Source: an uncultured archaeon (GTDB taxonomy: Archaea > Asgardarchaeota > Lokiarchaeia > Sigyniarchaeales > SOKP01). From it: 14,451 nucleotides of DNA. The position numbers were made by a program, and so were the translations under genes. The notes beneath the pieces were generated by a model, which was not told where the DNA came from, did not search any database, and saw nothing but the letters and a program-made list of their open reading frames with translations. Every line of letters starts with the position of its first letter. Within the stretch, counting starts at the first letter, position 1. Location: NCBI GenBank assembly GCA_964388035.1, contig CAYLZE010000122.1, positions 1 through 14,451 on the forward strand, in the 5' to 3' direction. Positions 1 to 7,792 of the stretch are shown here, in pieces.

Positions 1-56
1 CATTAATAATAAAATGGGAAATCTAATAAATTAGAAAAATAATAAATTCAATCCAC

Positions 57-69
57 TTTTAAACAAAAT
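57..69 (+). promoter_or_regulatory. Putative archaeal TATA-like box (TTTTAAACAAAAT) upstream of the M24 gene
   Basis: TTTTAAA lies about 30-35 nt before ATG 93, with AAGGA shortly before the ATG. A similar TTTAAACAA element occurs at 1286-1294 and 10937-10945. The AT-rich context makes this weak. Confidence 0.35.
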
Positions 70-92
70 TATACATTAAAAAAGGAATAAAA

Positions 93-1226
93 ATGGCTCA
101 ACCAATTGGATATAGAAAAGAAAAAGCAAGAGAGGTATTAAATAAACACAATATCGATCTTCTCATTGCTTCTTCTCCCGTAAATGTATTCTATACTACG
201 GGATTACCGGTACTTCATGTAGCACCCAATCCCATTCTCTATGTACTTTCAAATCAATATCCTAACTTGTCAATGGTTCAAAAGAATGGAGAGCTTAGTG
301 CCTTAATATGGTCTCTATATGATAGCGTGGAAGGATTCTCTTGGGTTCCTCCCAGTGAGGTAATTCGAGTAGGATCATTGGAAGGAGCGGTCAATACTCT
401 TTTAAAGAAGGTAAAAGATTTGGACATGGCAAGCAAAACGATAGGGTTGGAATCATTAATGCCTCGTTATCAATCCGAAGCTCTAAGAAAAGAGTTTCCC
501 AATGCTAAGTTCGTGGAGGGAGATGCCGCATTTTTAGACATGCGATTAGTTAAAACCGAAGAAGAAGTGAGGAGAATCAGAAAGTCAACGGAAGTAGCAG
601 AAAAAGCCATTCAAGCTTGCATAAATGCAACGGAATTAAATCTCCCTGACACGAAATTATTGGAAACTGCACGGAGGACAATTGTAAATGAGGGAGCATG
701 GGGCTGGGATCATTTAACCATGAGCATTGGTCCCTCGGATCCAGAAGCGCCTGGTTTAGGTATACCTGTTACTCCCAACGACTTAGTTAGATTCGATATC
801 GGAGCAGTGTGGGAAGGATATATTTCTGATTTAAGTAGAGGTGTTGTGATTGGAGAAGTTCCGGCAAAAGCTAAAGAAGCCATGGATATCATGATTCAAG
901 TTCAGGAATATTGTGTCGACAATATTAAGCCCGGCATAAATGCAAATAAGTTAAGTGAGGATGCAAGAAATTATTTAAAATCTATTTCCAAGAGAGGTTT
1001 TTATTTGATAACGGGACATAGCATAGGCTTAGAATGTGAGGAAGCTCATCTTTTCGGGCCAACGGGAGGAATGGATGTTCCTTTTGAAGAAAACATGGTG
1101 TTAGATATTGAAGTATGGTTGAATGTTAGAGGACAAGGCTTAGTAGGGGTGGAAGATTGTTATAGAATAACTAGTAATGGATGTGAAGCACTATCAACCC
1201 TTGATAAGGAAATTGTAGTTAAATAA
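93..1226 (+). CDS. M24 (pita-bread fold) metallohydrolase, Xaa-Pro peptidase/creatinase-like, with creatinase_N domain
   Basis: N-terminal 'IDLLIASSPVNVFYTTG', linker 'DMRLVKTEEEV', and five metal ligands in 'FDIGAVWEGYISDLSR' (D,D), 'GHSIGLE' (H), 'DIEVW' (E), 'GVEDCY' (E). Confidence 0.88.
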   Translation: MAQPIGYRKEKAREVLNKHNIDLLIASSPVNVFYTTGLPVLHVAPNPILYVLSNQYPNLSMVQKNGELSALIWSLYDSVEGFSWVPPSEVIRVGSLEGAVNTLLKKVKDLDMASKTIGLESLMPRYQSEALRKEFPNAKFVEGDAAFLDMRLVKTEEEVRRIRKSTEVAEKAIQACINATELNLPDTKLLETARRTIVNEGAWGWDHLTMSIGPSDPEAPGLGIPVTPNDLVRFDIGAVWEGYISDLSRGVVIGEVPAKAKEAMDIMIQVQEYCVDNIKPGINANKLSEDARNYLKSISKRGFYLITGHSIGLECEEAHLFGPTGGMDVPFEENMVLDIEVWLNVRGQGLVGVEDCYRITSNGCEALSTLDKEIVVK

Positions 1227-1325
1227 ACAATTTTTATTAATTTCTAAAATAAAAAATATTATAATAATTAATGGAATTTAGTTATTTTAAACAATAAATA
1301 ATCCAAGAATTTAGTTCAAGTAAAT

Positions 1326-1330
1326 GGTGA
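1326..1330 (+). promoter_or_regulatory. Shine-Dalgarno GGTGA for SDR-1
   Basis: GGTGA followed by a 5-nt spacer and ATG 1336, which favours 1336 over 1324 as the start. Confidence 0.6.
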
Positions 1331-1335
1331 TTAAA

Positions 1336-2112
1336 ATGAAATTGAAAGACAAGATCGTAATAATGACGGGGGCAGCTTCAGGAATTGGAAGATCTACTGC
1401 TATATTGTTTGCAAAAGAGGGGGCAACATTGATTCTATCGGATATAAATGAACAGGAGCTAAAAAAAACTCTTGATATGATCAAGGAAGGGAAAGATAGA
1501 GTCACTATCATGAAACTAGACGTGCGGAAGCCAGAAGAAGTAAAAAAGATGATAGATAAAACGGTCGAAAAATATGGAAGAATTGACGTATTAGTAGTCA
1601 ATGCGGGAGTCGTGCGTGTTGGACCCGTAGAAGATTTTCCTGATGAAGATTATAATCTTTTAATAGATGTGAATCTAAAGGGAACGCATTATACTTGCAA
1701 ATATGCGGTTCCCTACTTTAAAAAGCAGAAATTTGGCTCAATTATCACGTTAGCTAGCGTAGCTGCTCATATAGGGCAAGTTGCTCATGCTAATTATTGC
1801 TCCACCAAAGCAGGAGTATTGGGATACACCAGAGCTCTTGCATTAGATTTAGCCCCCTACAATGTTCGAGTAAATAGTGTTTCACCAGGAGCCACGGATA
1901 CTCCGATGTTACAGAGTGATGTGGGCAAGCAAGCGAGAGATAGAGGAGTACCATATGAGGAAGTTAAAAAAGAGTTTGAACAAGAAGGAGTCATGGGCAG
2001 ATGGGCTAAACCCGAAGAAATTGCGACAGGGATCTTATTTTTAGCAACAGAGGATTCATCCTACATGACGGGAGCCGACTTGCGTTTAGATGGAGGTTGG
2101 ACTACTCGATAA
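1336..2112 (+). CDS. Classical short-chain dehydrogenase/reductase (SDR-1), probably NAD(H)-dependent
   Basis: TGAASGIG Rossmann motif, Asp after beta-2 ('LSDIN'), NAG, catalytic Ser ('LASVAA'), YxxxK ('YCSTK'), 'VNSVSPG', C-terminal 'DGGW'. The ORF track starts at 1324; the SD and the matching N-terminus of SDR-2 (MKLKDK/MKLNDK) favour 1336. Confidence 0.93.
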   Translation: MKLKDKIVIMTGAASGIGRSTAILFAKEGATLILSDINEQELKKTLDMIKEGKDRVTIMKLDVRKPEEVKKMIDKTVEKYGRIDVLVVNAGVVRVGPVEDFPDEDYNLLIDVNLKGTHYTCKYAVPYFKKQKFGSIITLASVAAHIGQVAHANYCSTKAGVLGYTRALALDLAPYNVRVNSVSPGATDTPMLQSDVGKQARDRGVPYEEVKKEFEQEGVMGRWAKPEEIATGILFLATEDSSYMTGADLRLDGGWTTR

Positions 2113-2137
2113 TTAGGAAGCTCCGTAAAAATTGAAC

Positions 2138-2270
2138 TTTTTCTTATTTTTAATTTTAACACTAGCGATTTAGTAACGAACAAAAAATCTTCAATATAAG
2201 GAAAATAGAGTAAAAAAAGAGTTTACCTTAACTTTGAATGTTCCTAACTTCGCTTTGAAATGAACTCTTT
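2138..2270. terminator. Probable bidirectional termination zone between the convergent SDR genes
   Basis: T-rich tract 2138-2157 on + after SDR-1. On the minus strand an 8-bp inverted repeat (AAAGAGTT 2216-2223 / AACTCTTT 2263-2270) runs into a T7 tract (A7 at 2212-2218). Confidence 0.4.
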
Positions 2271-2280
2271 GGTTTTAAGT

Positions 2281-3027
2281 TCACATGGTCATTCCACCGT
2301 CGATGGATATGCTAGCACCCGTGGTAAATTCATTGCAAGCGAGAAATAGAACTCCTTCAGCGATTTCTTCGGGAGCTCCCAAACGGCCTAACTTTTGGCG
2401 GGCAATGAAATCTTGCCTTGCTTTCTGGGGGTCCTCAAATTTGGCCAATCTACCTGCTAAAGAAGGAGTGTCAGTAGTTCCTGGGCAAATAGCATTCACT
2501 CGTATTCCATCCTCTATATAATCTGTAGCCATTGCACGAGTCATGGATAAAACTGCTCCTTTCGATGCGGTATAAGCAGCGCGATCTTTTACACCTTTTA
2601 GTGCCACAGAAGAAGCATTATTTATGATAGTTCCCCTCGTCTTTTTCAAGTAAGGTATGGCATATTTGGAAACTAGATAGATCCCGCGCACGTTTACCGC
2701 CATGGTCCTGTCCCAATTTTCGGTTGAAATGCTATCTATGCTCCCGGGTATCACAATCCCGGCATTATTGAATAGAATATCGATTTTTCCAAAACGTTGA
2801 ACGCTTTCTTCTACTATTCTTTTAGCATCTTGTTCATTGGATACATCACCTTGAATAAATAGTGCCTCTCCACCGGAACTATTAATAGCATTCACTACTT
2901 TCATTCCCGATTTGGATATGGAATTGCAGCTTACTTTTGCCCCTTCTTTTGCAAATAACAACGCTGTTGCTTCTCCTATTCCAGCTCCTGCTCCCGTCAC
3001 AATTGCCACTTTATCGTTTAATTTCAT
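2281..3027 (-). CDS. SDR-2, BDH2/DHRS6-like hydroxy-acid or 2-keto-3-deoxy-sugar-acid dehydrogenase
   Basis: TGAGAGIG, NNAG, 'NASS', 'RAAYTASK'. The segment 'ICPGTTDTPSL...ARQDFIARQKLGRLG.PEEIA' resembles the BDH2/L-KDF dehydrogenase subfamily. The ORF track start is 3036; the second ATG at 3027 follows an SD-like GAGATGA. Confidence 0.9.
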   Translation of the reverse strand: MKLNDKVAIVTGAGAGIGEATALLFAKEGAKVSCNSISKSGMKVVNAINSSGGEALFIQGDVSNEQDAKRIVEESVQRFGKIDILFNNAGIVIPGSIDSISTENWDRTMAVNVRGIYLVSKYAIPYLKKTRGTIINNASSVALKGVKDRAAYTASKGAVLSMTRAMATDYIEDGIRVNAICPGTTDTPSLAGRLAKFEDPQKARQDFIARQKLGRLGAPEEIAEGVLFLACNEFTTGASISIDGGMTM

Positions 3028-3058
3028 TTCTCTCATCTCAGTTTAATATGATAACGTG

Positions 3059-3856
3059 TTAAATTCCAATAATTTTTCGGGCTTCAGAAGGATCTGCAAC
3101 TTCCCGCCCCATTTCATTGCTTATTTTAATCATTCGCTTGACAATTTCTGCGTTATTTTTAGCGGGAACACCTTTTTTTATAAAGGGATAATCTTCTGTT
3201 CCTACACGAACGTTTCCACCATGAGAGATTGCTAATGTTGCAATTTTTGTTTGATGTTCACCCATGATGCTCACCGTGTGCAAACATTTATCCGGAATGT
3301 ATTTAATTCTATGTAAATACTCATCTGCAGTTGCTGGTGACCATGTCCCTCCCGGCCAATTAAAGAACAAGGTGCAAATATAGGGAGGATCTAACAGTTT
3401 TCTTTCTATTAAATAATTCAAATTCCAATAAGAGCCCAGATGCCACACCTCAAATTCGGGTTTGATTTTAAATTGCCTGCATTTATTGCTATATTCTTCT
3501 AATTCTTTTATCGGATGAAGAACATCCACGATAACTTGAGTAAAATGCTCCGCATGATGATTAAGTATGATTGATAACATGTCAGGTCTTGCTTGAAAAT
3601 CCCCTTCTCTTTTTGGGATGGATTCACTGGACATTCCTGCTTGAATAATTATGTCACATCTTTCTCTTATTCTTTTAACTACTTCAACTTCTTCTCCTCT
3701 AGGTAAATGTACATGGGCTAGCGATGCTCCTGCCTCATAGCATTGCACCACATCTTCTATTAATTGATCGGTTGTTTGTGGCCAATTCTTTACATCAGGA
3801 TATATCCATGAATTAGCGGTAGTTATGGTCAAAACCATTTTCTCATTTTCAGACAT
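3059..3856 (-). CDS. Beta-keto acid cleavage enzyme (BKACE / DUF849 / Kce family)
   Basis: 'CYEAGASLAHVH' (Zn-binding HxH), 'KPEFEVW', 'GGNVRVGTEDY' (catalytic Arg, Zn-ligand Glu, Asp), 'NAEIV', C-terminal 'GREVADPSEARKIIGI'. Confidence 0.9.
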   Translation of the reverse strand: MSENEKMVLTITTANSWIYPDVKNWPQTTDQLIEDVVQCYEAGASLAHVHLPRGEEVEVVKRIRERCDIIIQAGMSSESIPKREGDFQARPDMLSIILNHHAEHFTQVIVDVLHPIKELEEYSNKCRQFKIKPEFEVWHLGSYWNLNYLIERKLLDPPYICTLFFNWPGGTWSPATADEYLHRIKYIPDKCLHTVSIMGEHQTKIATLAISHGGNVRVGTEDYPFIKKGVPAKNNAEIVKRMIKISNEMGREVADPSEARKIIGI

Positions 3857-3919
3857 TTATTTTTCTCTCTTTTTATTATTGGTTTATGTTTAATAGTGAA
3901 AGACTTGAATTTAAAATTT

Positions 3920-4957
3920 TTATCGAGACACTCTTCCGGAAGTATCTCCTCCCATTATGCTGAGTACTTCCTCCACCGAGACGAGATTAAAATCTCCGAT
4001 GATCGTATGTTTTAAACAAGAGGCGGCGGTCGCAAAATTTAAGGCACTTTGGTAATCATCTTTATAGGTCAATAATCCGTAGATTAATCCCGCACAGAAT
4101 GAATCTCCTCCTCCCACTCGATCTACCATGTGCGTTATATCGTATTGAGGAGCCATGTAGAGTTTATTTCCATCGTATAATACTGCCGACCACGTATTAT
4201 GACTTGCAGAAAGAGAGCCTCTCAGCGTTATTGCAACCTTTTTAAGATTTGGAAATATTTTCATTAAATTCTCGCATACATGTTTATATTTCTCGGGGTC
4301 CAACTTTCCAGAAGTGACATCTGTTTCAGGAGCCTTTATGCCAAAAACCTTTTCTGCATCCTCTTCATTTCCGATAGCAACATCACAGTATTTAACTAAT
4401 TCAGACATTATTTCTGAGGGTTTTTTTCCATATTTCCATAATTTACTCCTGTAATTTAAATCAGCGGAAATGGTGAGGTTCTTCTTTTTTGCAACTTTAA
4501 CTGCTTCTAAGCACAAATCCGCAAGATTTTGAGATATTGCCGGAGTAATTCCCGTAAAATGAAACCATTCGACATCATTGAATATCGTTTCCCAATCAAA
4601 CATTCCTACTTTAGCCGTAGAAATTGCTGAATTTGCTCTGTCATATATGACTTTACTTCCTCTGGTAGATGCGCCCATTTCAAGAAAATAGATGCCTAAT
4701 CGCTCCCCTCCCCTCATGATGTGGTCCACATTAACCCCATATTGACGTATGAATTGCAAGCACGCATCTCCAACATCATTGGCAGGTAATCTCGTGATGA
4801 AATCAACGGGGATTCCGAAATTTGCAAGGGAAACTGCAACATTTGCCTCTCCACCCCCGTATATCACGTCAAACGATCTTGCTTGAACAAATCTCTGAAA
4901 ACCGGGAGGAGCGAGTCTGAGCATGATCTCTCCGAATGTAACCACTCTTTTTTTCAA
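3920..4957 (-). CDS. kdgK: PfkB-family sugar kinase, 2-keto-3-deoxygluconate kinase type
   Basis: 'VTFGEIMLRL', 'GGGEANVA', 'YDRANSA', 'HFTGITPA', 'DLNYRSKLW', PfkB signature 'DRVGGGDSF', C-terminal 'SGRVSR'. TTG start preceded by GGGAG. Confidence 0.9.
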   Translation of the reverse strand: MKKRVVTFGEIMLRLAPPGFQRFVQARSFDVIYGGGEANVAVSLANFGIPVDFITRLPANDVGDACLQFIRQYGVNVDHIMRGGERLGIYFLEMGASTRGSKVIYDRANSAISTAKVGMFDWETIFNDVEWFHFTGITPAISQNLADLCLEAVKVAKKKNLTISADLNYRSKLWKYGKKPSEIMSELVKYCDVAIGNEEDAEKVFGIKAPETDVTSGKLDPEKYKHVCENLMKIFPNLKKVAITLRGSLSASHNTWSAVLYDGNKLYMAPQYDITHMVDRVGGGDSFCAGLIYGLLTYKDDYQSALNFATAASCLKHTIIGDFNLVSVEEVLSIMGGDTSGRVSR

Positions 4958-5108
4958 TCTTTCTCCCTTTTCCTTTTATTTTATAATTATTAAAATACCT
5001 ATTAGTATCTTATTTTCTAGATATTGTGAATGAGTTATAATGGAAGGTAATGAAAAAGATTATTTTAATTAATGGCATTTTGTAAGAATTGCTTGCATTC
5101 TTTTAAAA

Positions 5109-5131
5109 ATGGGGTAGAGATGGGGTAGAGA
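5109..5131. repeat. Perfect 11-bp tandem duplication (ATGGGGTAGAG x2)
   Basis: Units at 5109-5119 and 5120-5130, read directly, just past the GH20 stop codon. Confidence 0.85.
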
Positions 5132-5142
5132 CAGGAGGCAGT

Positions 5143-6756
5143 CTAAATTTCTCCTCTTGGTTGAGTAAATATGGTAAAAATGCCAAAAAGTGTTTTATAA
5201 GCAGGAGGATCTATTTCTTCCATCTTAGCATGTCCTGCACCTAATAATTGCAGTTTTTTATTGAACACTTTTAATCGATCTTTAAATGACTTATAATTTT
5301 TATTCCTTTTTAAGCTCCATCCTGTTTCCGCTACTGCCACCAATCTTGGAAATGCTTGCCAATACAATCTTTTCCTATTAGGAACCCATTCTGTCCAAAG
5401 AGGGGCTTCTATGCCAAGGACATTCTCGTGATATTCCTCCTCCAAGTTCTTTGGAATAGGTTCATAACGATAAGATTTTCTTAAAGGTGTGAATTCATAC
5501 TTATAGTCTAAGTATACATGCCCAAATTTTGAAAAAACCATGTTTCTCCCTTGTCTTAGGGCATTTATTATTTTTTTATTCCGCCCCATCCAATACTGGA
5601 TAATCACATCCTTTTGCAAACCTTCTTTTAAGATTTGATTCCATCCCATCGTCGCATGTTCCTTAGATGAAAGAAATTGGGCAATCCTATTGGTAAAATA
5701 GGGTTGTAATTCCTCTACATTTTTTAAATTCTCTTCTTGAATTCGCCTCTGGCAATCAAGACAATTTTTCCAGCGATCTTTAGGGACTTCATCTCCTCCA
5801 ATATGAATGATATTTGAAGGAAAGATTTCCATGACTTCTTGTAAAACATTCTCTAAAAACTGAAAGACTTTTTCTTTTCCTACACAGAATACATCTTTTT
5901 TAATTCCAAAAGTGTTAGGGATCTCAAAAGGACCTCCCGTGCAACTCAATTCGGGATACGCAGCAAGAGCAGCCATGCAATGCCCGGGCATTTCTATTTC
6001 AGGTATGATTTCAATAAATCTATCACTTGCATATGAGATGATTTCTTTAATATCCTCTTGTTTATAATGACCCTCATGGGGAGTTTCTTCAATTTTTTTG
6101 CTAATAAATCCCCCTACTTGAGTTCCTTTCCTTTTTGATCCAATTTCTATCAACTTAGGATACTGCTTGCTTTGAATGCGCCATCCTTGATCATCAGTGA
6201 GATGCCAATGAAAGATGTTCAGTTTCAAGAGAGCCATTATTTCAAGCATTGTTTTTACTATTTCTTTACCTTGGAAATGTCGACCTTCATCTAACATGAA
6301 CCCCCGCCAATTAAATCGGGGATAATCTTCAATTCTTAGATGCGGAAGAAAGATTTTGGAATTTTCGCTCATCTCGAAATTTATAAGATTATAGGGGAGG
6401 ATCTGTCGAAAAGTTTGAACACCATGATATAATCCAACGTCCTCCTTTCCAAGAATCTCGACTTTCTCTTCGGAGATACTCAGAAAATATCCTTCCTTAT
6501 CTATATTTAAATCTCTGTCAATCTGCAAGGTAATTTTATGGGAACCTTCTTCTTTCTCCTCGAGAGCCGAAACTTGGAGGTCAAGATTAAAAGCAGGTTT
6601 CAATAAGGTTTGAAGATATTCCCCGATTTTTTTAGCATCTGTGGGAACTTGAATGAAAAAGTCCTCAGTTAACTGCAATTCCCCTTTACCTTCCATGATT
6701 TTGACAGGCTGGGGAATTATTTTCACATTACCTATCACTTTTCTACTTGTAGACAT
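5143..6756 (-). CDS. GH20 beta-N-acetylhexosaminidase, no signal peptide
   Basis: 'IIPQP' start of the GH20b domain, 'EDYPRFNWRGFMLDEGRHF', 'HWHLTDDQGWR', 'PEIEMPGH', catalytic 'HIGGDEVP', 'YLDY', 'LWTEWV', 'FPRLVAVAETGW'. Confidence 0.95.
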   Translation of the reverse strand: MSTSRKVIGNVKIIPQPVKIMEGKGELQLTEDFFIQVPTDAKKIGEYLQTLLKPAFNLDLQVSALEEKEEGSHKITLQIDRDLNIDKEGYFLSISEEKVEILGKEDVGLYHGVQTFRQILPYNLINFEMSENSKIFLPHLRIEDYPRFNWRGFMLDEGRHFQGKEIVKTMLEIMALLKLNIFHWHLTDDQGWRIQSKQYPKLIEIGSKRKGTQVGGFISKKIEETPHEGHYKQEDIKEIISYASDRFIEIIPEIEMPGHCMAALAAYPELSCTGGPFEIPNTFGIKKDVFCVGKEKVFQFLENVLQEVMEIFPSNIIHIGGDEVPKDRWKNCLDCQRRIQEENLKNVEELQPYFTNRIAQFLSSKEHATMGWNQILKEGLQKDVIIQYWMGRNKKIINALRQGRNMVFSKFGHVYLDYKYEFTPLRKSYRYEPIPKNLEEEYHENVLGIEAPLWTEWVPNRKRLYWQAFPRLVAVAETGWSLKRNKNYKSFKDRLKVFNKKLQLLGAGHAKMEEIDPPAYKTLFGIFTIFTQPRGEI

Positions 6757-6944
6757 TTCAAGAATGTTTTTACGGATCTTTTTTTAAAATTCAATAACAT
6801 TCAGATTTAATCTTTTATAAATTCAAATTATTTTTAATATTTTTGAAAATACATTTTGAATATTTATTTGATTGAGCATAGAGAAACATTCTTTAATGCT
6901 AAAAAAATATATGATTATAATTACTAAGGAATTCTTTCTCACCC

Positions 6945-7757
6945 ATGCGTCCTTTATGGTTTGTACATTTATTACAAAAAACATTCCCTAATATTAAAGT
7001 AATTGCCAAATTGACCAACCTTCCCATATTAGGAAAGATCATTGATAAAATCTTTTTCTCGGGCGATGATATCCTTTATCTACCATTAGATAAGGTAATA
7101 TCTATCGATCAATCCATGGGAGAATATGAGGAAATGGTATTACCTTCTCATATTTTGGAACATTTTGTGGAAGAAGCGTCCTATCATTGGATCATGAATT
7201 TTTGTATTTGTAGAGAATCAATGCATTGTCAAGATTACCCTATTGAGTTGGGATGCTTATTCTTGGGAAAAAGCGTCCTGGAAATTAATCCTAAGTTGGG
7301 AAAATTAGTTTCCAAGGAAGAGGCATTGAATCATTTAAAAAAATGTAGAGAAGCGGGCTTAGTTCACATGATAGGAAGAAATAAATTAGATAAGCAGTGG
7401 CTAGGTGTGAAGGACGGGACTCAGCTTTTATCCATCTGTAATTGTTGCGCTTGTTGCTGCCTGTGGCGAATCTCTCCCCTCTTAAATCCTAAAATAGGAG
7501 CAAAAGTTAAAAGAATGTCGGGAATAAGCTTTTTAGTAAATGATAATTGCATAGGGTGCGGTACCTGTACTAAAAATATATGTTTTGTAGATGCAATCCA
7601 CCTTGTTAAAAATAAAGCCGTGATCAGTGATGATTGCAGAGGATGTGGTAGATGCATGGATATTTGTCCTCAAAAGGCAATTGAAATGACGATTTCGGAT
7701 GAATTTTCCATCGATAACGCGATTAAAGAAATAAGTGAACTTGTATTTTTAAAATAA
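6945..7757 (+). CDS. Cys-rich Fe-S protein with C-terminal 2x[4Fe-4S] ferredoxin domain, function unknown
   Basis: C-terminal 'CIGCGTCTKNIC' and 'CRGCGRCMDICP'. Upstream domain contains 'CICRESMHC', 'GCLFLG', 'GLVH', 'ICNCCACCC'. Confidence 0.85.
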   Translation: MRPLWFVHLLQKTFPNIKVIAKLTNLPILGKIIDKIFFSGDDILYLPLDKVISIDQSMGEYEEMVLPSHILEHFVEEASYHWIMNFCICRESMHCQDYPIELGCLFLGKSVLEINPKLGKLVSKEEALNHLKKCREAGLVHMIGRNKLDKQWLGVKDGTQLLSICNCCACCCLWRISPLLNPKIGAKVKRMSGISFLVNDNCIGCGTCTKNICFVDAIHLVKNKAVISDDCRGCGRCMDICPQKAIEMTISDEFSIDNAIKEISELVFLK

Positions 7758-7792
7758 TATATGTTTCAGATAAATAATAATAATTAAATTTT

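Noticed and set aside
1-3. CAT at the window edge as the start codon of a divergent upstream gene
   Set aside because: Cannot be evaluated without sequence beyond the window.
1408-2955. Long-range inverted repeat TTTGCAAAAGAGGGGGCAA (from 1408) / TTGCCCCTTCTTTTGCAAA (2937-2955)
   Set aside because: It is the shared FAKEGA coding motif of two convergent SDR homologues, not a mobile-element end or invertible segment.
3059-3856. Assignment as kce of lysine fermentation or cdhC of carnitine catabolism
   Set aside because: The family is clear, but no kam/kdd/kal or carnitine dehydrogenase genes are nearby and the pocket motifs differ, so no gene symbol was given.
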